DNA of 64,000 nt from Nitrosopumilaceae archaeon (GTDB lineage: Archaea > Thermoproteota > Nitrososphaeria > Nitrososphaerales > Nitrosopumilaceae): assembly GCA_965214835.1 (NCBI GenBank), contig CBDCCK010000002.1, positions 640,001 to 704,000 of the forward strand, read 5' to 3'. Position numbers and translations under genes: made by a program. The notes beneath the pieces were generated by a model that worked only from the letters and a program-made list of their open reading frames with translations, was not told the origin of the DNA and searched no databases. Numbering within the stretch: position 1 is the first letter of the stretch; each line of letters begins with the position of its first letter. Below are positions 33,754 to 45,840 of the stretch, in pieces.

Positions 33754-34194
33754 GTCAAGATGGATATTTGGCGGTTATTATTTTTTCCGAACCATCCATG
33801 TAGCCAACAGCGTACTATGCTGCACGAAAAGTCGTTCATCCATTATCCGGTAACAGGTCGGACCCTGGAAGTTCAGGCACGAATTTTGCCACTAATGAAT
33901 GCCGATCAAAGAGAATTCGTGCATGAAATCAGGAACAGCTTCCAGAACCCTGCCTGTTACTAAATCATCTCAAAACATCAACAAAATACAAGTTATCTGT
34001 GAAATTGAAAAATTTGTATGGCTTCTAATTTCGGATCACCTCTCTGATTGACGACATAACGCATCCTGCGCGCGATCATGGAGGGCCGAATCTGCAATCC
34101 AAAACAATTTTAAACAGACGCATCCATACACAGAGCGAGCATCATGATGAAACCCAAATTTGGGTGGGTTTCATCGCCTGAGAACCGTGGAACT

Positions 34195-35050
34195 CTCCGT
34201 TCCATATCTCCTCCTCGATGCTCCTGTGGAAGCGCTCCATCTTGTCGTTGGTCTGCGGGCGGTACGGCCTGGATCTTGTCAGCTCGATTCCGCAGCCGGG
34301 CAGCTCCTCCTCAAAGGCAGTGGGCCTCCACACGCCCCTGGGCGGGCCCTTCTTCTTCTTTGAGCTCGAGCGCGCCCCGACAAAGCACCTGCCGTTGTCC
34401 GAAAGGATTGTGGCAGGCGCGCCGAGCCGGGCCACGGCCTGCCGCAGGATCGCCACGACGTTCTCCGAGGTGTCCTCCCTGAACAGTCTCGCGCCCGTCA
34501 CGCACCGGGACGAATCGTCCAGAAACGTGACCGGGCTGGGCCCCGCAAGGCGCGGATCCCTCGTGGCATGCCAGTCCACGTGCCACATGGCGTTGGAGTA
34601 CCTGCGCTAAGCGGACGTATTTTCGGGGTTCGAATTTTGCAGGCGACGGCGTCACCGGCCCGTGCTCACTCATCATCCCGTATGCCTCGCAGCAGCCTGT
34701 ATCGTGTTGTCTTCGCAGCCTCCTGGCCGTATGGACAACGCCTGCCGCACCGGCCCGTGCTCCTCCAGGACGGCACGCACGACACTCGGGAACCGGGGCG
34801 TTCCTCTTTCTTCCCGGCCTGAGCGGCACGTGGTGCGTGCCGCCTGTCTTCCCGAGCCGGGCGCACATCCGCCGGACGTGTATTTTTGTGCCGCCTGTCT
34901 CGGCGGCACCTCCGAGGGCCTTTGTCCCCTGGCACACTGCGTCACTGCGTATCTGATCTGCTTTGCCTCAAGCCTTGCAACCGTCGGTTTTCTTGATCGG
35001 TAAAGCCCAAGGTAATCCCTTGCAATCCTCCTCAAATTAGTGCGACCTAA
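34195..35050 (-). mobile_element. Decayed IS481-family element
   Basis: MWHVDWH, LSDNGRCF and PQTNDKMERF motifs; multiple frameshifts. Confidence 0.8.
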
Positions 35051-35077
35051 TTTTCGTACAATAGAAACTACGGAATC

Positions 35078-36712
35078 GTATGTGGTCACCTACCCCTAGA
35101 TTATTTTGGCCACCTCATCCATGATGGACTTGCCCTGCAGCTTCCATGTCGACACGCATGTATTGAGCCATCCATGCCTTTCCGTCCAGACCAGGCCTCC
35201 CTTGATCTGGCCGCTTATCTTGAATTGAAGTACGACGGGGCGCAGCGCCCGCTCTGCACCATTGTTGGTCGGCTCGACACCCTCGTATTCCAGAAACGCA
35301 AACATGCACAGCAGGGCCCTGTGCATCCTCTTGAGAAGGGGCTCCAGCGGGCCGCCCCATGCATCAACGTATCCGAACAGCATGTTCTGCATGTTGGTTT
35401 CAAACCGCCGGCGCAGCTCCGGCGAGTGCCGCCCCATCAGTCCGTCGGCACTGCTTATCCCCGTCCTCTCCTCGAGCTCCCGGAGATCCTCCTCGGACAG
35501 CTTGTCCCAGCCCTCAAGACACTCCCTGGCATCCTTGAACAGCTGCTGCATCTGCCGGTACAGGACTCCTGCAAACAGCAGGGCACCCTTTTTCTGCGAG
35601 CCATACAGGAGGAACCGCAGCTCGTGCGCCCAGCACCGCTGGAGCCTTCCCAGCAGCCCGAACCTCTTGTATGCGGGATATCCATCCGATGTGACGACGC
35701 CCCCGTACCCGCCCATGTACTGGTCCAGGATCCGGGCGCTCCTGGTGTCTGCATATATCATGAACACGCCCACCGCCGACAGCATGGCCCACGCCCATCC
35801 CAGCCTGCCTGCCAGGTTGATCCCCGTCTCGTCTATGCAGACCGTCTTTGAGCTTCTTACCTCCTCTGCGATGGCCTCGGCAGGCGCCTTTGCGGCGTCG
35901 CAGACGCGTCCCATGCTGTTGATTGCAGTTGACTTTGACATGTGCACGCCCAGGATATCTGACATTATACCCGGGATCCTGTTGTGTGGGACGCCCTCGC
36001 TGCGCAGCTTTGTGACGGCTGTGACCACGCTCGTGTCATAGCTGCCGCGTCGGGGCAGGCCGTCGGGGGCAGTATGCATGGTGCCGCATTTCGGGCACAC
36101 TGCCCTCTGTGTCTCGTGGCGCGTCTCGGTGTACTTTATCTTGAATCCTATCATGTCGCGCACCTGCGGCTTTTTCATGATCTCTGTGGTGGTGCCGCAC
36201 TTGCACTCCGGCGCCCGTCCACCCGGAAAGCAGTGTTTCTGTACCCTGGTGGGCCGGTGGGTGCGCGATACGCCCTTGTGGCCCTTCTGGCCGCCGGGCT
36301 TTTTTCTGTCCTCCCCGGTGCCGTCATCCCCGGCTGCAGCATCGGACCGGGCCCTCTCCTTTCTCCTCTGCGCCTTTTGCCTCTTCCACTCCAGCGAGTC
36401 TGCCGACGGGGGCGAGTTCTCGTTCTCGTAGTACCGGAGCCGGTTGTCCTGCTCCCTGATGGTCTTGTCGCGCTTTTCAAGTGTCTTGTTTAGCCTTTCA
36501 ATGGTCCTGCCCTGCTCCTCAATGATATTGTCACGCTCCTTGAGGTCCTTTTTTAGATTCCTTATCGTCTCCGTGGGCGATGCTGTAGATGCCTCGATCT
36601 CGTAGCATGCGGAGAGCTGACCTTTCACAATGCCTAGTCTACGCGATCATAGTATAAGGATCAGCACCGTCAGTAATGTTTACCCTATTGTGAGGGGTAG
36701 GTGACCTCATAC
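35078..36712 (-). mobile_element. Intact IS66 (ISBst12-like); transposase 35096-36628
   Basis: IDETG, SDGYPAY, QRCWAH and PTNNGAERALR motifs; IR gtatg.ggtcacctacccc; 8-bp DR acggaatc. Confidence 0.95.
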
Positions 36713-36817
36713 ACGGAATCCGGGCCAACCTTTAAGTGGTACAGTGCCGTAATATTGCCACGGTTCCGCCGGTGTAATGCTGGCTACGAGACTCGAAAGA
36801 GAGCTCAGGAATCGCCC

Positions 36818-37570
36818 TCAAATCTCCACGTTTCCTGCCCTGTACCAGCCGTGATCCAGCCTGAAGTATTTGTCTTTGACTGACTGCCACCGTTCCTCGG
36901 ATCTTTTACCCGTAGTACTTCTTATCCATACCGCATATGCAAAAAAATCCGCAAGCTGTAATATTGGATGTTTCTTTGGATCGCCGTTTATGATGCGGCC
37001 GCTTATGCTGCTCAGTTCCTTGTGGTGCCTGAACCGTAGCACTTCGCGCAGTCCGGCCATGACGCGCTCTGCCTTCTTTCTTGCCTTCTTGTTGAGCCTT
37101 TCATAGACGGCCTCTCCCGTCCCGCCGTGTTCTTCAAGAAAGTCCTGGAACCTCTCCAGCATTATCAGCATCGCATAAGACTGCGGATCAGCCGGAATCG
37201 AATATCTCTTGCAGTGGTGTTTCAAATCTATCGTGACTGACAAAAGCACGCAATCGGATTCCCTGATCATGTCAAAAACGTCGTCTGCGAGCCGCCTTCT
37301 TTGCATGTCTGACAGCCTGTCATAAGGGTAACAACTGTTCCTCAACGGATGGTAGTGAAGCTTGAATCTTTCCGGTAGCTGTATGTCTTTGAAGTATTTG
37401 TCTATTGTAAGCCCGACTGCGTCGTCCAGCGCCTCCTTTTCATTGTCACTTGCGATGATTCCTGCCAGTGTGAAGAAGCGGGAACTGCCATCTATGACCT
37501 GGTAGTTCTCATCGAGATAATCTCCCAAGTCCCCGCTTTCATCAATATACAGGCGATACAACAACAGCAT
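36818..37570 (-). CDS. DUF3800-family (RNase H-like) protein
   Basis: LYIDESGD and LQLADFFAYA motifs. Confidence 0.8.
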   Translation of the reverse strand: MLLLYRLYIDESGDLGDYLDENYQVIDGSSRFFTLAGIIASDNEKEALDDAVGLTIDKYFKDIQLPERFKLHYHPLRNSCYPYDRLSDMQRRRLADDVFDMIRESDCVLLSVTIDLKHHCKRYSIPADPQSYAMLIMLERFQDFLEEHGGTGEAVYERLNKKARKKAERVMAGLREVLRFRHHKELSSISGRIINGDPKKHPILQLADFFAYAVWIRSTTGKRSEERWQSVKDKYFRLDHGWYRAGNVEI

Positions 37571-37615
37571 GTGGCTGTGCTGGGATATAAAATCTGGGGG
37601 CGTCTTAGCCTGTTG

Positions 37616-39057
37616 AACACATGATAAAAACGCCCCCGCCGTAGCCAGGGTGATGGATCAACCCCTCGTTATGCATGTGCTTCGCGCACTACCTGTTGAA
37701 TGGGGATATCCGAGCTGCTGTGTTCCTGTGCTACGCGCACTGATGGATGAATGCAGCTTCTGATCTGTCAAACCATATCCGAAAGGAGGTGAAAGAAAAG
37801 GATTGAGAAGCATAGGAATAGACATTGGAAAGAGAAAATGCGGTGTGCGTCATCGACGCCAAGGGACACGTGCTAGAGGAGGGCTCGTATAACAACACGT
37901 ACAAGGAGGCATCAAAGCTTGCTGCACGACTGAAAAAAGAGTACAAAAAGTGCCAGGCCGCGTGCGAGTCAACGGGCAACATGTGGCTAAAGACGTTCAG
38001 GGCATTCGAGGATCAGCACATCCCCATACTGCTTGCAAACACCCTCAAGATGAAGATAGTATCAGAGACCAGCGTAAAGACTGACCCGATAGACGCAAGG
38101 AAGATAGCCGAAACGCTCAGGGCCGGAATGATACCACGATGCTACGTGGCATCAGCAGAGCTGAGGGATGTCAGGGAGCTGATGAGGTACAGGATACGGA
38201 TGGTGCAGGAGAGGACCGCAGTCATAAACGGGCTGCACAGCTTGGCTTGACAAGTACGACATAGCCATAGATGCATCCACGATGTACTCCAAGAAGGCCA
38301 TACGGAAGATCTCCGATACCAGGCTGAACATGCCAAACGATGACAGGATACTGGCAAGCTGCACCAGGAGGATTGCATCAGTTACAGAGGAGATAGGCCA
38401 GGCAGAGGAGGACATAGGAAGACAGGCAGGATCGAACGAGGATGCCAAGCTGCTGTTGAGCATGACGGGAATAGACGCCTTTGCAGCAATGCTGCTGATA
38501 GCAGAGATCGGTGACATAACCAGGTTTCCATCGCCGAACCAGCTTGTGTCCTGGGCCGGCATGTGTCCCCGGGTGTACCAGTCGGGGGACCGCGAGTACC
38601 ACGGCCGCATGAAAAAGGATGCAAACCGCAGGATCAACTGGCTGATGATCCAGATAGCCAACGTCGCCGTACAGCACGACGACAGGATGAAAGAGTTCTA
38701 CGAGAGGGTCCGCAAAAGGAACGGCAACAACCACGTCATAGCGATAACGCATGTTGCAAACAAGATGCTCAGGATAATCTGGCACATGCTGACGACAAAG
38801 ACTGCGTATTCATCGCGCAATGCTGCCCTGTACGACAAGAAGATCAAGAGGGTGACAGAACTGGCGGGAACGGCATAGGATTACCACCTTCCTCCCCCAC
38901 CCACCCACCCAATGATCCGCCCGCACCCTGGCAGGTGCGACAGGACTGGCTCGTGCGTATTGCTAGCGTTAGCTATAAAGCACAGCCCGGCCGACTAGGC
39001 ACGGATCAGAAGACGAAAGGAACGTTGCCATGTTACTGGCGGGCGTTTTACCATGGA
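37616..39057 (+). mobile_element. IS110/IS1111-family element between TG cores (37614-15 and 39058-59); DEDD recombinase 37803-38878 with two frameshifts
   Basis: IGIDIG, CEST, KTDPIDA and YQSG motifs; subterminal IR taaaaacgccc / gggcgtttta; RBS ggaggtga. Confidence 0.93.
37650..37765 (+). ncRNA. Predicted bridge RNA core (target-binding loop 37661-37705, donor-binding loop 37713-37758)
   Basis: Two internal loops with closing stems and apical gtgc/gcac hairpins; loop strands match the target and donor junction. RNA ends and transcription are not shown by the sequence. Confidence 0.85.
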
Positions 39058-39151
39058 TGCATAACCGTGCCTGAACGCGTAAAAACAGCCAGTTTTTCGT
39101 GCCTAAAATCGGGGTTGTGCAACAGGCTACCCAGTACCACCGGGCACTCCT

Positions 39152-39739
39152 ATGAAAAGATGGGACGTGGTGGAAATCCCATTGGAGAGAAATCCACAGG
39201 ATACTAGAAACGAAAGTTGGAAAATACAGGGGTCAAAATCAGAATGGGATAAACTACGATTCAAAATAACTGTTCATGAAACATTATCAAGATCAAAATG
39301 GATAGCGTTGTTAAATGACATGCACAAAAAATATGGCGTTGAGTGTATACAAGATCTAAACGATGAGAGATCAAGTCTGGGATTCATAAAGCCTCGTGAA
39401 TTCCAACAGCGTTTTGAAAAAAGAAAAAAACACGAACGTAATGTACAAACCACACTCTTTTCTCAGGAGCCATTTCTAACGATTCACAACTATGATGTAC
39501 AACCAAGAATGACCTATCGATGCTCTGGCTGCAAATCAAAAAATCCTCATGATCAGCAGATTTTGGAGTGGGGAGTTTACGAATGGATTAGAAAAAATCC
39601 CGACAAAATTGAGCAAGTATGGAAAAACCTACACATTGGCGAATCAGGGTACGATACAAGCTTCCTTGTGGGCAACATGTTTCTTCATCGCTCCTCCTTT
39701 ATGATAATCAGCATATTCCGGCACAAAATCGACATTTAG
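39152..39739 (+). CDS. Hypothetical protein, probably N-terminally truncated by the MITE; convergent with DUF488
   Basis: AT-rich 195-aa ORF; SLGFIKP, CxxC..H and FLVGNM motifs. Confidence 0.6.
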   Translation: MKRWDVVEIPLERNPQDTRNESWKIQGSKSEWDKLRFKITVHETLSRSKWIALLNDMHKKYGVECIQDLNDERSSLGFIKPREFQQRFEKRKKHERNVQTTLFSQEPFLTIHNYDVQPRMTYRCSGCKSKNPHDQQILEWGVYEWIRKNPDKIEQVWKNLHIGESGYDTSFLVGNMFLHRSSFMIISIFRHKIDI

Positions 39740-40144
39740 AAGATTCGGATTCCTAATGATCTCTTTTAACAGGTGCCTGTGACACGGTGTGCCTTCCGGT
39801 TCATAGCACAGCAAGGTTACGTGGGAATAGTTTGATTTGGCCTTCAATGATTTTATTAAATTGACACTGTTCTGATTTTCTTGCAATTCAAGTTTGAATG
39901 ATGGTATAAAATCCTCCCAATGGATTTGCTCGTTTTTGTATCTGCGTAACAGTTCTTGGCTGGGCGCAAGATCCCTCATCCACCTATCAAAATGGGTTTT
40001 TTTGACGCCTCTGGGGTAGTACCTCGTTATTAGGACTCTTAGGCCATCACCGTACTCCTTTGGTTTGTATATGCTCTTTGTCTTAATCACTTTGGATGCT
40101 TTCAATTTTATTGTAAGCCTCCAATAGTGAAAAATTTCCAGCAA
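39644..40144 (-). CDS. DUF488/YeaO-family protein
   Basis: DGLRVLITRYYPRGVKK, DLAPSQEL and TLLCYE...CHR motifs. Confidence 0.85.
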   Translation of the reverse strand: MLEIFHYWRLTIKLKASKVIKTKSIYKPKEYGDGLRVLITRYYPRGVKKTHFDRWMRDLAPSQELLRRYKNEQIHWEDFIPSFKLELQENQNSVNLIKSLKAKSNYSHVTLLCYEPEGTPCHRHLLKEIIRNPNLLNVDFVPEYADYHKGGAMKKHVAHKEACIVP

Positions 40145-40205
40145 CAGCTAAAATTCTTCATCAAGTCTAGGCGGATTTGCCTCTTTTTAGCTTTTTCGGT
40201 CACTT

Positions 40206-40630
40206 GTACGAGGCCACCTATGTTTTGACGTGTTTTGACAACCTGTCTAACATACCACGATCATGCCGATCAAATACGATGCCTGCACGACATCAGCATT
40301 ATGAAAGGCCGCCGACCCACATACCGCAAGCTTGAGGCCACAATCGTGTCAGTCACAGACAGAATAAGCACGTTAGAAAGGAGCCTAAAGGCAACGAACA
40401 GAATGCTGGAGGAGAAAGACAAGACAATCGAGGAGCAGGGCAGGCAGCTCCGGTACTACGAGAACGAGAACTCACCGCCGTCTCCCGCAAGATAAGTGGG
40501 CAGATCAAGGGAGGGGAGCTCTGGATGAGGAGGTGGTCGTGGGTTATGACGTGCATACTGACGTGGAGGGCAAGGGGCAGATCCGTAGCAGACGAGGTCA
40601 TGAAACTGGTTTAGGAACGTGACCTCATAC
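40206..40630 (+). mobile_element. IS66 internal-deletion derivative (both ends present)
   Basis: Left end like 17891 fused at ~40483 to a right end like 62445. Confidence 0.85.
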
Positions 40631-40639
40631 GATCTATGA

Positions 40640-41806
40640 ATGAATGCAAGAGAACAAAAAGCAAGACAAATCATGGAAACTCCCGGACACGCCACACAGA
40701 TCATCGGCACCGACAACTTTAGGGTCAGATCGCAGTCTGATCCCTCCAAGTTCTACACCGTTACAAGGACGGGCAACGGGTTAGTCTGCGAGTGTCCAGA
40801 CCACCGGAACAGGAGGGCAGACTGCAAGCACATCAAGGTAATACTGGAGCTTGTCCGAAAAAACGTGTTCGGACACGACGGGTTCAGGATCATGGAACGC
40901 TCCAAGCTCAAACTCTGCAAGTATTGTGATTCTGGCAGGATCGTGAGGCGGGGCAAGAGAAAGACCAAGAAGGGTGATGCCCAATTGTTCAAGTGCAACG
41001 ATTGCCAAAGGGCATTTACTGCAAACTTTGGTTTTGAGGGAAAGCAGTACGATGGCAGGATTATCACCGGAGCCCTACAGATGTACTATACGGGAATGTC
41101 GGTACGGGATATCGCGGATCATTACGAGATGATGGGAACCGACGTGTCGTTCAGGACCATATACAACTGGGTTGACGAGTATTCCCGGCTTGCGGCCAAG
41201 TACATCAATTGTATAGTTCCACGTGTTGGTAGTTGGTTCAGGGCAGACGAGGTATGGATCAAGATATCCGGAAAACAGTGCTATCTGTTTGCCTCAATGG
41301 ATGATGATACAAGATACTGGCTGGCCTCCGACCTTGCAGACAACAAGTTCCAGCACAATGCGGATTCATTGCTGGACATGACCAAGAAACAGGCCGGAAA
41401 GAATCCCCGAAACTTCATCACGGACGGCCTGCCAGCCTATGCCAAGTCCTCAAGGAAGGTATTCGGAAAGGGTACGAACCACGTGAAGCACATCCACCTA
41501 GCCGGAAAAAGAGACCGTGACAACAACAACAAGATGGAGAGGCTCAACGGCGAGATCAGGGACCGCGAGAAGGTGTTCCGTGGCCTCAAGAAGACCGACA
41601 CTGCAATCCTTGACGGCATGAGGGTCTACTACAACTATACGAAAAAGCACGGTGCACTGGACGGCCAGACCCCGGCGAAATCGGCCCTGATAAGCGTGGA
41701 CGGTACAAACAAGTGGAAGACGATAATCCAGAACGCCAGTTTGAGAAGGGATGTAAATCAGGTTTGAATCGAGAGAAGTCTCATATCACGAAGATTGCAC
41801 AGAACC
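40640..41806 (+). mobile_element. IS6-family SWIM-Zn-finger transposase (intact, 40640-41767) with right IR
   Basis: Paralog of 16696-17881; DDE motifs; aagattgcacagaacc. Confidence 0.92.
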
Positions 41807-42078
41807 GGTCATAGCATACCTTATGTGCTAGATTGACGTAGCTATGCCATGAATACTGCCCCTGTCTGGAGATCAAGGATCTGCTCTGACTGCAAGCGAG
41901 TCCGCTGCCAGCCCGGATGCAACTGCGACTGTCACTGGCAGCGCTGGCGCTAGGACTAGCCTGATACATGACCCTGATTTTGGGCACAAAAAATAGCTGT
42001 CTTGCGCGTTCAGGCACAGTTATGCAAGACTGCTGGGACTGCAAGCTTTATGAGTGCCTTGGAGTTCCCTCAATCCAT

Positions 42079-42607
42079 ATGAATTTCGTCCATGGAGTAA
42101 TAGCTGCAGTGGGACTGCTGGTGGCTGCCAACTTGGCCATGATTTCGGCTGACCTGGATGGCGGGGGCGCCGCCGATCATGCCAGGGAGCCTGCAGCACT
42201 TGACATGATGGCAGAGTCGGCGGGGATGCCGGCTCCCGTGGCCAAGGATATGCCTGGCGCAGCGGCGTCTGACGTTGTCGGAGAGCCCCCCACGTGAGGG
42301 GTACAGTCAGTTGTACAGCGAATCTGAAAGGATCCCCTATCTTGGCGTAACCTACCGCGAGCTCCGCGACATGGGATATTCTGAGCTGGAGGGCAGAATT
42401 AACGCAAATCTGACTCCATACTTTGACGGCATTGATTTTATGAGCCAGGGGGAGCTTGAGGGCCTTCGGGAGGCAGTAAAGGAGACCCGGAAACAGAAGT
42501 TTCGGTTTACCAACACGGATGACATTGAAAAGGTCAGGGTTCAGCTGGCCTTATCCAAGCTTGCACACCTGTTTAGGCTAGTGGACGACAGGGCAAAGAC
42601 AATCTAG
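42079..42607 (+). other. Two small overlapping hypothetical ORFs, the first with an N-terminal TM segment
   Basis: MNFVHGVIAAVGLLVAANL; ORF 42275-42607. Confidence 0.3.
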
Positions 42608-42729
42608 TGACACATCTAATTCATGATGCCGTTTTAGTCTGATCTTAATGTCAACAGTTTCGATGTATGAGGCCATGTACCCCTGCTGGGCATGAAAATC
42701 ACAGTTGCATGCAGATTCACGCCTAATTG

Positions 42730-43788
42730 CCAGGATTGGATGTCAGGACGGCCTAAATTTCTTGGCCTTCTGGATGCCATCATAAAAAACCTGGAAAGGC
42801 TCGGCGTTGAGTGCAAGAAGGTCGTCGTCTACAGGGGACGCATGGGGAACTTTATCCTGAGATTTCCAGTACTAGGAGCGAGGAAAAAAAGAGGCTTTGA
42901 GGAGATTCTCGACGAGTCCAAGCCGGATGCCGTAATACTGGACAACCCAAATGATCTGTGGATGGTTGCCGCCGGCAGAAAAATACCGGTGCTGGCGTAC
43001 TTTTGGGATCAGTGGATACACAGGAAAATATCAAGGGAGGACGGGGGATTCTTGACATCCTGTGTCTGGCGGTACGGGCACGCATTTGGGATCCCTGCCT
43101 GAAAAACGCAGATGCCATACTTGCCTAGACAGACTCCATAGCGGACACCATCAGGAAGCACTATCCAAAAAACAACACAGTGACGTTCCCGTATTCGAGC
43201 ATAGACACGAACAGCTGGAGGGGAGAGGGGCCCGGGGGCGCCATGGAGCTGAGGCACCCGTGCGTGGGCCTGCTACAGAACGCTGGCCGCTGATCCAAGA
43301 CAAGGGAGATGCTCATCCTGCCCAAGGTCGTCGAGGCGCCCCCACACGTAACATTCTACTGGGCCGGTGACGGGCGCTACCGCGACAGGATACTGGAGCC
43401 GCTGGCCGGATACGACAACTTTGAGTGACTGGGGCCGCTGGAGGGCCCCGACAGGATCATGGAGTACCTCTCCTCGATCTACGTCTACGGCCTAGTCAGC
43501 GGCATTGACATGTCGCCGTACTCGCTCAAGCAGGCCATGTCCATGGAGAAGCCTGCCATTGCAACGGATACCGGCGGCGTCTCAGAGACGATGCGGGACG
43601 GAACGACGGGGTTCCTGGTGGGTCTGGGGGACTACCGGGGGTGGACAGAGAAGACCACGATGCTACTGGGAGACGCAGAAAGGGCGCGGGACATGGGAAG
43701 CCAGGGACGCAGGTTCGTGCAGGACAGCTGGGACAGCAGCGTGGCCGCAGACAGGCTTGTTGCGATCCTTGGGGAAATCAAAAAGTGA
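42730..43788 (+). pseudogene. GT4 glycosyltransferase pseudogene
   Basis: AMSMEKPAIATDTGGVSE...GTTGFLV; several frameshifts. Confidence 0.75.
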
Positions 43789-44278
43789 CATAGCCGGCGG
43801 GACGGAGCCATGATGGTCCCTGCAGGTCCTCGTGGAGGCGCTACGAGGGGGACGGCTAGATCAAGCTCCACCTTTGGGCTCTGGCCAGCCAGGATGCCAG
43901 CTTTCTGAACAAGTCGTACATGTCAAATTTTTGTATGATGCCACGTACCCTTGACAGTCAGTAGACTTTGCCAAAAATGACGCAAAAACTGCCTGATTTT
44001 TTTGATCCGTACAGGTTGCGCATAAAGTCTACTGACAACGATACTGATCCATGTACTATGGGCGCGTATGATGTCACCTGCCCTTAACCAGACAGGTACG
44101 AACTGGCGCGCAACTATGATTTTCATGTATGGTACTGATTAGAAATTTTCAACAATAGAAGGCATTTCCCTGCGTAGTTCATGCCCATGTGTGTTGAGGA
44201 ACTTTTGCTTTACACAGCAAGCAAGGGGACGTGGCCCCATACAAAACATCAAATATAATACCATAAAATACGCTGATC

Positions 44279-45364
44279 GTGCAGATCATGCCAAGCCCCG
44301 TATCATTGAGGCACCGCCTTTTACGTAGAATAGAAAACAGGGCAAAGGATCTGCTGTTTGTTGATAGCCGATTGCACAACTATCAGATCAAATGTCCGGT
44401 CTGTAGCCGTTCAAGAAACGTTCAAAGAACTGACTTTTGGAGGTCTTTGAGGTACCCAAAGGCATCCACGTTTTTGATGCGGCACCGGTTCAACAGCATC
44501 ACGTCGTTCTTTCGTACCCTGCCGGATTTTCTCATAATAGGCATTGCCAAGTCGGGAACTACGTCGCTGTACGGCCTGATAAGCGCGCATCCACACGTGA
44601 TTCCCGCACAATCCAAGGAGGTGCACTATTTCACCGATTCGCGGAATTATGAGATGGGTACGCTGAGGTATCGTGCTAGGTTTCCAAGCGTGCCGTACAA
44701 GCGCTGTCTTGCCGTACGATACGGCCAAAAAATACTGTCCGGTGAGGCATCCTCCACCTATCTGTTCCATCCAATGGTGCCTAGTAGGGTCAAGGCCCTA
44801 CTTCCGGACGTTAGGCTGATCGTGATACTACGCAACCCCGTTGATCGAGCCTACTCTGAGTATCACATGCAGGTTAGAGAACGATGCGAGTCGCTGACAT
44901 TTGAGGATGCAATAAGGGCAGAAAAAGACAGGACGTCATACGAGATGGAAAGGGCAAGATCTGATCCGCGGTTTTACTGGAGCAACCTGCACCGCTACTC
45001 CTACCTTCAAAAAGGCCACTATGCAGAACAGCTGACTCACTGGTTCAGATACTACAACAAAGACCAGTTTCTCATCCTGACCCTGGAGGAGCTAAAGGTA
45101 GACCGGCGGGGAGTACTTGACAGGGTCTTTGAGTTTCTGGGACTAGAGCCGTTTGATGTGGGCAGCCTTGACCCCATGCCGAGCTATTCCTGGATAAAAC
45201 AGTTCATACACGAGCCCTCCGACGAGACTGACCGCGGGTTGCTAAATGCATACAGTTACCCCGAGATGAATCCCAAGACGCGTGCAATGCTGCTGGATTA
45301 CTTCAAGCCGCACAACGAACGGCTCTCCCGGCTCTTGCAGCGTGACTTTGACTGGAACGGCTGA
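44279..45364 (+). CDS. PAPS-dependent sulfotransferase (heparan-sulfate sulfotransferase-like)
   Basis: DFLIIGIAKSGTTSL, KEVHYF and LRNPVDRAYS motifs. Confidence 0.9.
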   Translation: MQIMPSPVSLRHRLLRRIENRAKDLLFVDSRLHNYQIKCPVCSRSRNVQRTDFWRSLRYPKASTFLMRHRFNSITSFFRTLPDFLIIGIAKSGTTSLYGLISAHPHVIPAQSKEVHYFTDSRNYEMGTLRYRARFPSVPYKRCLAVRYGQKILSGEASSTYLFHPMVPSRVKALLPDVRLIVILRNPVDRAYSEYHMQVRERCESLTFEDAIRAEKDRTSYEMERARSDPRFYWSNLHRYSYLQKGHYAEQLTHWFRYYNKDQFLILTLEELKVDRRGVLDRVFEFLGLEPFDVGSLDPMPSYSWIKQFIHEPSDETDRGLLNAYSYPEMNPKTRAMLLDYFKPHNERLSRLLQRDFDWNG

Positions 45365-45727
45365 CTTGCGACAGCCTTAGATGACCTGTGATCGGTAGCA
45401 CGGTGCCAGTACCACCATCCAGACTTGGAAACTTCCGATCGTATGAGGCAGTGTCTATCCTAGCCATTCGATCACTTGCATGCTGCCTACCGTAAGTTCT
45501 CAAATGACAAATTTTTCAGACCGAATCATATTTTGATCACCGTGTCTGACACAACGCATGACGGAGACGACATGGGAAGATCTGAAGAAGGCGTGCAAGG
45601 TGGAAAAGGATCCACATGTGATGGCCAAGATACCTGCAACAAACATGCTGTCCGAACCTCCAACGATGCATCACTGAGTTACTTCTGAACACGGGTTAAA
45701 ACGCCCGGGCCCGTAGCAGTGGTGACG

Positions 45728-45825
45728 TGGATCAACCGCTGTCTTCCCATGCGCCCCGCGCGCTGACTTCTGAATGCGGTAATTCCGAGCTGCAGTGTTC
45801 GTGCACCACGGCGTGCTGATAGATG
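45728..45825 (+). ncRNA. Second, reprogrammed bridge RNA core (truncated at the 3' side)
   Basis: Guides gtcttccca / acttctg and gtgttc / atagatg; compensatory stems accgc/gcggt and gcgc/gcgc. Confidence 0.8.
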
Positions 45826-45840
45826 GTACGAGGTCACCTA

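Noticed and set aside
37803-38878. Programmed frameshifting in the IS110 recombinase
   Set aside because: There are two separate shifts and programmed frameshifting is not typical for the family. Decay or sequencing indels are more likely, since frameshifts are common across the window.
37609-39065. Reading in which both RNA loops bind one extended ~24-bp target (CAT core)
   Set aside because: TGaacac is conserved at the left of three copies, and the MITE and ISH3 IRs are restored only with a TG core. Loop 2 therefore matches the donor, as in the canonical two-loop logic.
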